Assembly (NCBI GenBank): GCA_024679065.1
Contig: JAGIQG010000014.1
Span: 39,060,001 to 39,124,000 of the forward strand
DNA: 64,000 bases
DNA from: Sphyrna mokarran
Taxonomy: Eukaryota
Reading direction: 5' to 3'
The position numbers and the translations under genes are program-made. Below, piece after piece: positions 1 to 11,999 of this stretch. Each line of letters starts with the position of its first letter. Position 1 is the first letter of the stretch. A model generated the notes under the pieces. That model searched no databases, was not told the DNA's origin, and worked only from the letters and a program-made list of their open reading frames with translations.

Positions 1-246
1 CATGTTAAATATACAAGCTTCAAAATCTCATCATTGAGACATCTACAGATCCCACATTACAACATGATTAGCAAGCTTCTTGGTAACTTTTTTAAAATGA
101 GTTTTTAAAATGTGTCTGTAAGTACCCTGATGCCTAACAAATTTGTACCCTATATATTCTCATGGTTTCAGTTTACACATGAGCAGGGAAATTTATCACT
201 GATCAAAGTTGTTTGATGGTTGAAGGAAGCATTGAGGGTAGCAGTG

Positions 247-512
247 AGTGGTAGCACAGTGGTTAGAACTGCTGCCTCACAGCACCAGAGACCCGAGTTC
301 AGTTCCCAACTTGGGTCACTGTGCAGATTCTGCATGTCTAACGCGTTTCCTCCGGGTGCTCCAGTGTCCCACCACAGTCTTGGTGGTTGGGTGCATTGGA
401 TATGCTAAATTCTCTCTTAGTGTACCCGAACAGGTGCCGGAGTGTGGTGACCAGGGGATTTTCACAGTAAATTCACTGCAGTGTAAATGTAAACTTATAT
501 GTACCACTAATG
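247..512 (+). mobile_element. tRNA-derived V-SINE (HE1-like), tail type B
   Basis: A-box TAGCACAGTGG, B-box-like GAGTTCAGTTCC, V-core (TTTCCTCCGGGTGCTCCAGT..CCCACCACAGTC), tail GTGTACCCGAACAGG...GGATTTTCACAGTA. Confidence 0.85.
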
Positions 513-529
513 ATGTAGACAGGTTTATT

Positions 530-1167
530 AATGAGGATGAAGTAGAAAAGGTCAAGAGCTTCAATTTCTTAGGTGTCCAGGTCACCAACCACCTGTCCTG
601 GTCCCCTCCATATCAATGCTGTAGTTAAGAAAACCCACTAACGCCTCTATTTTCTTCAAAAGCTAAGGAAATTTGGCATGTCCACTATGACTCTCAACAA
701 CATTTACAGATGCACCATAGAAAACATTCTTTCTGGTTCTGTCACAGTTTGGTATGGCTCCTGGTCTGCCCAAGACTGTAAGAAACTACAAAGTGTTATG
801 AATGAAGCCCAGTTCATCATACAAACTAGCCTTCCATCCATTGACTGTCTGGGAAAAGCAGCCAGCATAATTAAGGACCTTATGCACCTTGGACATATTC
901 TCTTCACCTTCTTCTGTCAGGAAAAAGATACAAACAACTAGGGTCATGTACCAACTGACTTAAGAACAGTTTCCTCCCTGTTGCCTTCAGACTTTTGAAT
1001 AGACCTACCTCATATTAAGTTGATCTTTCTCTACGCTCTAGTAATGACTGTGCAACTATATTCTGCACTCTTTTCCTTTTCTATGAACAGTACGCTTTGT
1101 CTCTATTGCGTGCAAGAAACAATACTTTTCACTGTATACTAATACATGTGAAAATAATAAATCAAAT
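530..1167 (+). mobile_element. Rex1/Babar-clade LINE, 5'-truncated (RT C-terminus plus 3' UTR)
   Basis: Frameshifted peptide VEKVKSFNFLGVQVTNHLSW / RLYFLQKLRKFGMSTMTLNNIYRCTIENILSGSVTVWYGS..KKLQSVMNEAQFII; ends in AATAATAAATCAAAT. Confidence 0.85.
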
Positions 1168-2011
1168 TTTAAAAACTTTAAAACTTTTTATAAACTTTAT
1201 TTTAGTACTGAGGGCACCTTTCATCGTGTTATATATCACAACTGACATCCAATTTTTAAAACCATTCATAATGTTAAGATTTAATCTCATATAATTGAAA
1301 CACATCAGCAGTGATGTCTGGTAATATACTATGCAAGCAATTAGGAACAGATAAAAGAAACAATACAGCTGTCAATCATTGAGGTGGTGAATTCTTGCTA
1401 CTCAAGTGTCTATTTGCAATCGGTTCACTACCCCACTTTACATCTTGCTGCAGTTTTCACCTGTTCTGTGTTGTAGAATGTTTGCAATAAGGATAGGAAA
1501 TCTTTTAAATATGGGACCCTTAGCTTCTCCCCAAATTCATGTGATCAGTGTAATTAGCTGTGGCTAGAACATTACATACTTCAGTCATAAGTTTTAACAA
1601 GTTCAAGACTAATGACCTCACAGTGCTGGTCTGACAGTAAGGATAATTTAGCCCAGAGTGGCTAATTAAGTAGCAAGGCTATGCTATCAATAATTTTAGA
1701 AAGCTTCTGATAAACTGCAGAGCCTGTGCAGCCCACTGGATTTGATGAGTGTGTTGGCTCATGTTCAAGAAGGGCAATATAATTATCACACCGGTAGAAT
1801 TTCTTGTTACATTTGCTTCCAGCAAAGTTAGTTCATGCAGCCTATTTACATTATTCATTATTGCTTATTAAATTACATAATACATTTGTGCTTATTTGAA
1901 ACATACCTAGTCCTTTTAGTCATCGAAGTTTCTGTACTTAAGAAAGACTTTCAATTATGTCGGTTTGTTCTATCAGAGGAAAATGTGAGCTTTGTTGGTT
2001 TGATAAGTAAT

Positions 2012-2805
2012 ATCATAGGATCATAGAATGATACAGAACAGATGGCAGCCATTCAACCCTTCATGCTCATGCCAGCTCTTTGATAGAGATATCCAAGTTG
2101 TCTCACTACTCTGCTCTTTCCCTATGACCTTGTTTTTTTTTTCCTTTCAAGTATTTGTCTAATTCTCTTTTGAATTTCACTAGTGATTTTACTTCCCCAA
2201 TCCTTTCATGCAGTGAGTTCTGATTCACAATAATTCAGTGAGTAAAAAGAAATGCCTTCTCATGTTGCCTCTGGTTCTTTTATCCATCACTATCTAATTA
2301 CCAATAATTCTGCCATTGGAAACTGTCCCTACTTATTCAGTCCATCAAAATCATTCATAATTTTCAACATCTTTTATTGAAATGTCTTAATCATTTTTAC
2401 TCTAGGGAGAACAGCCCCAGCTTATCTGCTCTCTCCATAGAAAATTACAGCTCAGAAACAGGCCTTTTGGCCTGTGCCGAACCATTTTTTTGCCTAGTCC
2501 CACTGGCCTGCATTTGAACCACGTCTCTCCACACCCCTCTCATCCATGAATCCATCCAAGTTTTTTCTTAAAAGTGACCACTTACTACTTTATCCAGCAG
2601 CTCATTCCACACTCCCACCACTCTTTGCACGAAGAAGCCCCCCCCCAATCTTCTCTTTAAATTTTTCTGCTTTCACAGTTAATCCATGCCCTCTGGGGTT
2701 TTTTCCTCCCCTAGCCTCAGTGGAAAAAGCCTGCTTGCATTCACTCTATCTATATGCGTCAAAATCTTATACACCTCTATCAAATCTCCCCTCATTTTTT
2801 ACACT
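2012..2805 (-). mobile_element. Two CR1/HER1-type LINE 3' fragments (junction near 2436)
   Basis: Reverse-complemented CR1 3' ends (ATCATAGAATGATACAG..GCCATTCAACCC; ATAGAAAATTACAGCTCAGAAACAGGCC), each followed by decayed RT C-terminal sequence. Confidence 0.7.
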
Positions 2806-2850
2806 CATAACTGAAGTTCTTCATCACTGGTATCATGAGTAAAGATGGAT

Positions 2851-3347
2851 GGCAAGGTGGCACAGTGGTTAGCATTACTGCCTCAAAGCACCAGGGAGCC
2901 AGGTTTGATTCCAATCTTGGTGGCCATTTGTGTGGAGTTGGCACATTCTCCTCATGTTTATGTGGGTTTCCTCTGGGGTGTTCCAGTTTCCTCCCATAGT
3001 CCAAAGATGTGTCAGTTCAAAGGATTGGCCATGCTAAATTGTCCCTTAGGATGGAATTTTCCCATCCAGCCCGCCACAGCAATCATAGCAGGTGGTGGGT
3101 GAACCATGCATAGCTCTGTTGACTTTGAGTGAGATATTCCAAATTGAGGCATGGGCAGTTGGAAAATCCTGCCCTTAGTGTCCAAAGATATATATGTCAG
3201 TTAAGCAGATTAATCATGGTAAATGCATGGAGTTACGAGGATGGTGGGGTGGGGGATGAGCCCAGGTAAGCTGTTCTTTTGGAGAGTTGGTGCAGAGTTG
3301 ATGGACAGAATGGCTTCCTTCTGTATTGCAGTGATTCCATGGTTCTA
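2851..3347 (+). mobile_element. V-SINE (HE1-like), CR1-type tail A, interrupted by a MITE
   Basis: tRNA head TGGCACAGTGGTTAGC, V-core, tail GAATGGCTTCCTTCTGTATTGCAGTGATTCCATGGTTCT; split at CCCTTA. Confidence 0.85.
3049..3174. mobile_element. PIF/Harbinger-type MITE, 126 bp, TTA target-site duplication
   Basis: TIRs GGATGGAATTTTCC / GGAAAATCCTGCCC; TTA at 3046-3048 and 3175-3177; removing it restores the SINE sequence CCCTTAGTGTCC. Confidence 0.85.
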
Positions 3348-4072
3348 AGTTTTTTTTGCACCCTGTCTGAGGTCTTGAAAGACTTAAAATGAACACATTA
3401 AAGCAGTGGCAGTCTAACCAGTTTTCTTTAATAAAGTTTAACATAACGTGCTTGATTTTATAATCTATCCTCCATTACTAAGAGCAAGGAGCTCATGCAA
3501 TTTTAATAGCCTCCTCAGCTTTTCCAGCCTATCTCAATACTTTCGCTTCTCCTTTAAAACTGCAGCATACAGTTAATATTGTCTCTCTTCATTCTTCCTG
3601 CCAAAATGCATTACTTTGCATTTCTTTGTGTTAAATTTAATCTTCCATTTTCCTGCCCATTTCATCAGTCCTTGTTTCATATTGCTATCCATCTACTGTT
3701 TACTACATTTGAGTTACACAATATGCAGTGTTCAAAATTATGCCCTGTATAGTTCATGTCATTAAGATGCATCAAATGAAGCAGTTGATCTAATACTGAT
3801 CCCTAGAGAACACTGCTCTGTATCTCCCTCCTGTCTGATAAGTCACATTCATAATATCTCTCAACCTTTTCTCCTTTCATCAAGTTTATATTTTGTCTTT
3901 TGAAATCTTGCATATTGATAGCCTATGATCCATGGAAGCAATTAGATGCGACACATACGAATATGTTGTCCTAGGTTGTGTAAACTTCTACCACTTTAGG
4001 CACACAAAATTCAGATGCAATCTACCACAGGAACTGATGCGACTGAAACAGAAGACCCAGTGAGCAAGTTAC

Positions 4073-5783
4073 ACAAGACTTTTTCTGGTGTAAACCACTG
4101 GGGTCCCATGCTGGGGAGGGTGCACATGTGGACATTGGGGTTTTTCCCAAATTGGGACTCAGTGGGAAAACTGTTTTCCGTTGGTGCAGGAAATATGCAG
4201 ATGAGGACATCTCATGGAACTTGCTGGCTACTGTTCAGAAATCAGGATGCCATTTTTAAAAGGGAACTCAGAGACAGGTCTCCCACCCTTCAAAAAAAAA
4301 ACTGAAATAGTGCCCTCCCACCCCCTGACCAGGGAGGACCGCTCAAAGAGCGGCATTTCCCCCCCCCCCCCCACCCATAAGTAACAGGAACCATCCCCCA
4401 ACACAATGCAGGCATGACAGTGACCTGACTCCCTCTCCCAGACACTCCACACAGCCCTGCTTCCCCCTCAGACCATTACTCAGGCCTTTTATCATAGAAT
4501 AGAATCCCTACAGTGCAGAAAAGGCCATTTGGCCCATCAAGTCTGCACCAACTCTCTGACAGAGTATCTTAACTTGGCCCATTCCCAGCCCTTTCCCTGT
4601 AATTCCACACATTACTAATTCATCTAACCCACGCATTTTTGGACTGTTGAAGGAAACCCATGCAAATACAGGGAGAACATGCAAACTCCATACAGATAGT
4701 CCCCTAAGGCTGGAATTGAACCTAGGTTCCTGGAACTGTGAGGCAGCAGTGCTAACCACTGTGCCACCCTTAAAGTACTTCAAAAGAGTCGACAGAATGG
4801 AGTGCTACAATGATTTAAAAGCCTGTCAGCTGTCCAGGGGACATGCAGATTAAAGTGACCTAAGCACTTTAGAATTTTCACCGCCGACAAGCAGGAATGC
4901 GGATGTTGATCACAGGGCTGTCTGAAATCACCGTGATCTTCAGGTCTGCCAGAGCAGAAGGAGCAGCCCAATCATGACATCCTCATCCTGGTGGAAAGTG
5001 GCGAGCTCAACCTTTTGCCCCCACCCTGAACCTACCCAACTCCCTTGAGGGACTGACTGTTCCTGTGCAGCCTGGCAGTGGCCAAGAGATAAATGACCAC
5101 TGGACTAACCTCTTTGACTCCCTTGAGGCCCAAGGTACCAAGCCAGAATACAGTGCCAGGGGCAGTGCACTGTTGGCACTGCCGAGACACATGGCACGTA
5201 TGGGGGACCCTGAATAGAGGTCGGATGGGGAAGGGGGTCTGGTGGCTGGGGATTGGTGGGGGCAAGATTTGAGGGTGTAGCTGAGTGGAGGGTGTGAGGG
5301 AAAAGCGATTGAGTTGGGGGGGGTGGTTCTAAGAGTGAAGGGTGCTCTGAATGGGGTGCTTGAGATGAGTGGGTGGTTGAGGGGGGGAAAGGTGACTCAG
5401 TGGGTGGGCTGAGGGCAGAAAATCAGGGACGAAGGGGAAATGCCTCTCATTGCTCAGTGATTGGTGCAGCCGTCTGAACCCTTGGGGTCCAACACACCAG
5501 GTCCACGCATGTAAGGGCCTGTACCAAAGCCCACCAGATGCAGACCCCACTGAGGAGGCGGGTGAATAGCAGGACAGAATTGAATCAGGCTAATCAGATG
5601 AAAAAGATGAAATTTTGAATATTTATTGGGCTCTTGTGTGCCTCTGATTGGGAACCTGAATAAGAACCAGGAGCATCAGAACAGGTTTGACAACTGAAGT
5701 AAAACCCGTTTTTCAGCAGATACCCAATTCTCCAGCCAACACAATTCTCAAGGGGAGATAGCAGGCTCGGAGAAATCCCCCCC
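4073..5783. mobile_element. Decayed GC-rich Harbinger-like element (hosts a SINE)
   Basis: GC-rich island with C- and G-runs, ending in TIR-like GGAGAAATCCCCCC similar to the MITE termini. Confidence 0.4.
4491..4770 (-). mobile_element. V-SINE, tail A
   Basis: ATCATAGAAT..CTACAGTGCAGAAAAGGCCATTTGGCCCATC through GCTAACCACTGTGCCACC. Confidence 0.85.
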
Positions 5784-6232
5784 ACTGATATCCTCCTAAC
5801 TGACCAGATCGCAATGTCAAACCAACTTATTCTACACGCACTGTTTAAAAAATTGCACTGCTCAAGTCCATTCAACATATTCACACAGAAGAACATTCAC
5901 AAAACTGCAAGTGGGATGTGCCACTAGCATTATTTAAAGGTCAGCACAACAGGGAGATGGAGAAAAGGCTGTAGAAACAACAAGCTCTGTGTGATGCTCT
6001 GTGCCAAGTTGGAGCCGGACACCTCCATGCTGCTTGACAGTAACAGTTGGCTCTCTGGCAGAGCAGCAAATGCAAACAGCATCTCAGTGTGTGCACACTC
6101 ATTGATGCTGCCCCATTAATGTCTTCATCTGAATGTCCAGTGGCAGAACTCCTGTAACCCTTTAGGATTATGTCCTTCACGTTGTCTCTCCGCATTCTTT
6201 TAACCACAATGAATGATTTCACACATCTGTGT

Positions 6233-6567
6233 GGGCAGCACATTAACAGTGCTTAGCTCTGCTGTTTCACAGCTCCAGGGACAGGGGTTCGATTCCCGGC
6301 TTGGGTCACTGTGTGGAGTTTGTACATTCTCCTCATGTCTGCACGAGTTCCCTCTGGGTGCTCCGGTTTCCTTCCACAGTCCAAAGATGTGTGGGTTAGC
6401 TTGATTGGCCATGCTAAAAATTGCCCTTAATATCCTGAGATGGGTTGGTTAGAGGGATTAGTGAGTAAATACATAGGGATATGGGCATAGGGCCTGGGTG
6501 GGACTGTGATCGGTGCAGACTCGATGGGCCAAATGGCCTCTTTCTGTACTGTAGAGATTCTATGATT
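6233..6567 (+). mobile_element. V-SINE, tail A
   Basis: B-box GGTTCGATTCCC, V-core, tail GGGCCAAATGGCCTCTTTCTGTACTGTAGAGATTCTATGA. Confidence 0.9.
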
Positions 6568-6569
6568 AA

Positions 6570-7490
6570 ATATATCTACTACTTATCTAGCCATCCCACA
6601 AAACTGTCTGTGTCATTTCAAAGTTCTATAATGATGCTCCTCAGTTCACAATACCTCTGCAAATTTTGAGATTGTACCTTGCACACCAAAGCCTTGGTTA
6701 TTTATATAAATTGGAAGAGCAGCATTCCCAGCACTGATCTCTGAAATCTTTCTAGACTGAAGAACCATTGACCTCTATTTTCTGTTTCTCATCACTCAGT
6801 CAATTTTATATCCAATTTGATACTGCCCATTTCATTCCTTAAGCTCTAATATTACTCAAGTCCATTGTTTGGAGAGACTTTGTCAGACGCATTCTCCTCA
6901 TAAACCCGTGCTTTTGCTTCAACAAAAAGCTCAAGCAACTTTATTAAACAGCATAATTTGCCCCGAACAAATCTAGACTGGTTTTCCTCAATTAAGCTGC
7001 ATTTGTCTAAGTGACTAATAAGTAAGGTTGGCATGGTGGCACAATGGTTAGCAATGCTGCCTCACAATGCCAGGGACCTGGTTTCAATTCCCAGCTTGGG
7101 TAACTGTCAGTGTGGAATTTGCACATTCTCCCTGTGTCTGGGTGGGTTTCCTCTAGGTGCTCCAGTTTCCTCCCACAATCTAAAGATGTACGGGTTAGGT
7201 GGATTGGCCATGCTAAATTGCCCCTTGGTGTCAGCAGGGCTAGCTAGGGTAAATGCATGAGGTGTGAGGATAGAGCTTAGGTGAGATTGTGGTCAGTGCA
7301 AACTCGATTGGCTGGATGGCTTCCTTCTGCACTGTATGATTTTATGATTCTATGAACTTTGTCTCAAATTATCATTTGTGGAAGCTTCCCAAGCTTCTAG
7401 AGCTGCTGTTGCTGTATCTTTATAACCTTCTTTAAACAAGGTTATATTCCCAATTTTCTAGTCCTCTGGCACCACCCTTGATTCTAAAAA
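6570..7490 (-). mobile_element. Decayed CR1 RT fragment (SINE inserted at 7026-7354)
   Basis: Minus-strand peptide LIEENQSRFVRGKLCCLIKLLELFVE resembles the CR1 RT motif QHGF.KGRSCLTNLLEFFE. Confidence 0.7.
7026..7354 (+). mobile_element. V-SINE, tail A
   Basis: Full head, core and tail ending TATGATTTTATGATTCTATG. Confidence 0.9.
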
Positions 7491-7494
7491 CAAG

Positions 7495-8000
7495 TGCAGA
7501 AATCATTGAAGGTGGCAGGATGGGTTAGAGAGAGTGTTTACTAAAGCATACAGTATCCTAGGATTTATTGATAGGACATGAAGTACAAAAACAAGGAAGC
7601 TATATTAAACACGTATAATTGTGTCCGGTTTTGGGCACGGCACTTTAGGAAGGTTGTAATAGCATTAGAAAGAGTGCAAAAAATATAGTGAGGAACTGCT
7701 CCATTGGTGGAAGGAAAGAACCAGAGGGTACACATTTAAGGTATTGGGAGAAGCAAAAAACAATGGCTACATGAGGGAAAATACCTTTCATGTAGTAAGT
7801 GGTTAGAATCTTGAATACATAGGCTGGGAGTGCAGCAAAGACAAAGTCAATTGAACAATTCAAGAGTGAATTGGATCACTATCTGAAAAGGAAGAATTTA
7901 CAGGATTATGAGGGGGTGCACAGTAACACCAGGTGAATTGCTTATTCAAAAAGCTAGCACAAACACGGTGAGTCAAATGGCCTCCTTCTATATAGTAACC
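7495..8000 (+). mobile_element. Decayed CR1 3' fragment
   Basis: Decayed KAYSILGFI / CV.FWA.H.RK.V.ALERVQ coding sequence; ends GTCAAATGGCCTCCTTCT. Confidence 0.7.
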
Positions 8001-8774
8001 AAGCCAATTCATGGCCAGTTACTCACCACGTGCTGATACTAAATCTAAAGTGCCATTATCTGAGCTGGTAGCTCTGAGTATTGGATTAATGGACAGGTCT
8101 TTTCCTATGTTGTGGCGATGATGATCTCTCTCTCTCTCTCTCTCCCCCCTGGGTAGGTGACAGTTCTTTAGTGCCTGAAAGTCAAAAAGAGGGAGGTTTA
8201 GGTGAGGGAAAGGATGGAGGGTACAAAGATCCATGGTCATATGAGCATGTTGCTTATCATTCCAAACAGTAGGATATGGATGAGCTGAGAGTTGAAAGAA
8301 GGCAAGAACACACTGTTATCCTCAGTGCTCTTAGGGATGTGATGGGCTCTGTCACAGCCAGCCCCATGATGAGAGATCCATCATCACTATGGTGTTCAGG
8401 AGATCTTCATGTTTTAGTCCCCACTGGCTTTATTCCCATCCATTTCATACTGAGTGAAATTGTGGGTGATTCTCCTAAAAGCATTGAATTGGCAGAAAAA
8501 CTGTTCTAGAAACTGTTTGACTTATCACTTGAATCTCCACACTCTATGCACCGCAGAGGTCACAATCATGAATATTATTAAAAACCCAGGGGATTTCTTG
8601 CACCAGCGTCTAACAGCTTCTGTGCATGCGTAGTGGCCCCGATCTATCAGTCTCCTTTTTTTCTGGCCTGATCAATCGCTGGCCAGCCCAGGGTTCCTGC
8701 AGTGCTGCCTCTCCAGCCCATCCCCATAACAATTCCCAGGCCAGCCTTGACCCCACCTCACCCCAGAGTTTCCC

Positions 8775-10012
8775 CATCAACAAGTTCCATCCCACCATCA
8801 GACTCACCATGGACTACTCTCCAGAATCAGCTGCATTCCTGGACACATGCATTTCCATCAAAGGGGGCCACCTCAGCACGTCACTATATTGCAAGCCCAT
8901 AGATAACCCCACAATGCTCCATGTCTCCAGCTTCCACCCTAAACACGTTAAAGAAGCCATTCCCTAAAGACAAGCCCTCCAAATACGGGAGATCTGCTCA
9001 GATGGAGGAGGATCGCAACAGACACGTCCAGACTCTGAAAGAAGTTCTCATAAGACCAGGATGTGGCGTTCGACTCAATCGAAAGTTCCAAAGCGCCACA
9101 GTGAAAAACCACACTGAGGACAAACACAGAACACAGCTGACAGAGTACCCTTCGTTGTCCAATATTTCCCTGGAGCAGAGAAGCTACGACATCTTCATAG
9201 CCTTCAACATGTCATCGATGAAGACGAACATCTACCAAGGCTATCCCCACACCCATTTCTTGCCTTCAAACAACCGCACAACCTCAAACAGACCATTGTC
9301 CACAGCCTTCAGGAGAACAGTGACCACGACGTACCAGATCATTGACACAATACCATCATCTCGTGTAAGAAAACCATCCACAGTACATATACTTGCAACT
9401 CGGCCGACGTTGTCAACTTCATATGCTGCAGGAAAGAATATACTGAGGCATGGTACATTGGGGAGATCACGTAAACGCTACAACAAGGAATGAATGAACA
9501 CTGCTCGAAAGTCACCAGACAGGAGTTCTTTTCCTGTGGGGGAACACTTCAGCAATCACAGGCATTCAGCCTCTGATCTTCAGGTAAGCATTCGCTAAAG
9601 CGGCCTTCATGACACACGCCAACGCGGAACACTAAACAGAAACTGATAGCCAAGTTCTGCACACATGAGGACGGCCTCAACCAAGATCATGTCACACTAT
9701 CTCTAACCCCCACGACTTGCCTGGGAATTGCAAAATCTCACTAATTGTCCAGGCTGGAGACTATACAGATCTCTTTAACCCGTGCTTAAGCCTCTCTGCA
9801 CTCATTGTCTGTACCTTTAGGACTTGATTACTTGTAAAGATTCACACTCCAACCATTATTTTGTAAATTGAGTTTGTATCTTTATATGCCCTGTTTGTGA
9901 GCTGAACTCCCACTCACCTGATGAAGGAGCAGTGCTCTGAAAGCTTATGGCTTGTGCTACCAAATAAACTTGTTGGACTTTAACCTGGTGCATGAGACTT
10001 CTTACTGTGCTT
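8775..10012 (+). mobile_element. Penelope-like element: RT C-terminus, GIY-YIG endonuclease relic, terminal repeat
   Basis: INKFHPTIRLTMDYSPESAAFLDTCISIKGGHLSTSLYCKP..HPKHVKEAIP (PLE RT C-terminus); TCNSADVVNFICCRK..AWYIG (GIY-YIG); terminal CTGATGA..GAAAGC..AATAAAC..TTCTTACTGTGC. Confidence 0.9.
9914..9950 (+). ncRNA. Minimal type-I hammerhead ribozyme motif in the Penelope terminal repeat
   Basis: CTGATGA at 9918-9924, stem II GGAGC/GCTCT, GAAA at 9939-9942, palindromic AGCT; stem I partly mutated. Confidence 0.65.
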
Positions 10013-10289
10013 GTTTTGCAAGAAAGAGAGCAGAACTTCACTGATTATGCAGTGATCTGCCACCCACTGCTGAATAGCTGAAGGTTCATGGATCCAGCAC
10101 GAGGTGGATAAAAGGCTGGCAGCATTGATAAGTGTGCGAGGGTCAGGTAGAGTTTCTGGATATTAGGCATGGATCCTGAGACTCACAAAATGCTACTGGT
10201 TGAGTGATGGGGGTGTGGAACATTAAGCAGTTTGAGAGACTGGTGATGTGTTGGGTAGGAGATGGCAGGTGAAAATGAGTTCACTGATA

Positions 10290-10620
10290 TTAATCATCTA
10301 GACGAGGTCATTGGACTTCTTGTAGCATTGTTGGCAGGTCTTCAGGGCAAGACTATATTGATCTCCCTATGAAGCACACCTATCATCTCTAATTGAATGA
10401 TGGTGGTCTGTTAATTATCTGCTAAGAGAAGATTGCGGTAATGGGTTGAATCATTGGGGTTAGAGCTGGCATCTAATCTAGATGTCTGAAAACTTTCTCT
10501 TAGAAGGTTCTTTCCAAGATATATCTCCTTCTGTCTATTTTTCATCAAAGCCTTCAGCAGCATATCCATGATATTGGGAATGCTGCACCAGTCCTGGTAA
10601 GGCATTTTTCTTGTTTAGAA
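10290..10620 (-). pseudogene. Harbinger Myb/SANT-like ORF relic
   Basis: Minus strand SLALKTCQQCYKKSNDLV resembles the RT..QCRKKFNDL motif; DMLLKALMKNRQKEIYL resembles the first helix. Confidence 0.5.
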
Positions 10621-11999
10621 TTAGCAACAGTATTTAGCAATAGCCTCCTGTGATTCATTGCAACTTCCCTTTAAGAGGGATGGGCTGCCTTTAAGAGCAG
10701 GCTGGTCATACTGATCACTCAGATAGCTCAGAGCACAGATCCTTCAGGAATCAATGCTACAATCAAGTTACGAGGAAACAGTGCCAAACGTACACACTGA
10801 TTTGCCTCTGCAGCAACAGATTTGGACAACCCCCACACTCCAACTTCTAGCCTGGAAATTATGAAGCACTCAATTTATTAAACTTGACTAGAAGTTTTAT
10901 AAAGAAATTGATTACACTTATTAGTGGTAAATCAATAATGATTTTGTTTCAAAAGGCCACCAAAAAGAACATTTCCCAATTATCAGTAATGTTTTTTTTC
11001 AGGGAAGTAAAGGTTATGCAAGGGGAAATACAAAATATTTCCACTTTTAGCATTAACGTAAAGCATTCCCAAGCTTTTCCATGGTATCACAAGAATTTCA
11101 ATTAATGTATTACTGAACGCAGTGTTGATAAGATGCCAGATTGTGAGGTTATCATTTTACATTTCATTGGTTGTTTTATTCATCATGAGCTGCAGTATCA
11201 CAGTCAGCCAGTGGCTGAATAAAGCTGTCACTACGCTGCTAGACTGTCTGAATTGAAATGCTTTGTTTTGCGTTAAATATGAAGATATGCATTTTGACAA
11301 TATGGGTGGTGTGCTGGAGATATGTATAGACTTTGCTTTATAAATGACAACTCAGACAACACAATTTCTGCATCTATTCAATTCTAACAGCCAGATGACA
11401 CAATGCCCAGATTCCTACCACATAATTTTATTTTCTACGTTGTCCAGATGCAGGAGAGCCTGATGAGGTTTCTGCTTCTCTTGACTTGTAGGAAAGGCTA
11501 GGTCATGGTGTCATTTATAATTAAAAACAGAGCTAAGTCAGATCTAATTTGATCACATCTGTCATCCTATTATTGAACATAAAATTCTGCAGTATTTTCT
11601 GTTTGGACAGATTGACCTCGATTCATTGAAGACTAAAAGTGCACACCAACACTGACTGGAATTTCAAACTTTCCACTCCATAGTACTTACATTTGAATAT
11701 CCCAAGATCAGACACTTGGAAAATATTACTTCAAGGCAAAAGATCCTTCCAATCTGATGAATACTGATTCAAAATGCAGTGGGTATATAAAGATGGAAGT
11801 GATTTTAGTGTCAGAAGTACACCAGCTGAAATTTATTTAACCGGAAATGTTCTGTCCATCTGCCCAGAATATCATAGCGATTGGAAATGACATCTGAGTC
11901 CATCAGGAACTAATAGATTGATGCAATGGACCTACTGAAGTATTCAAGAATGTTAATCATACTGCAGTTCTACACATTGCTGGACAGATCCACAAGAGC

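Noticed and set aside
248-628. Recurrent MVAQWL..LPHS..GFPPGAPVSSH peptides as a gene family
   Set aside because: Translations of the V-SINE head and core, repeated at each SINE copy.
6233-6310. tRNA genes
   Set aside because: All A/B-box pairs are decayed SINE heads running into V or Deu cores; no cloverleaf with a terminator.
8921-9493. 190-aa ORF as a novel protein
   Set aside because: Mixed-frame reading of a frameshifted Penelope RT/GIY-YIG region.
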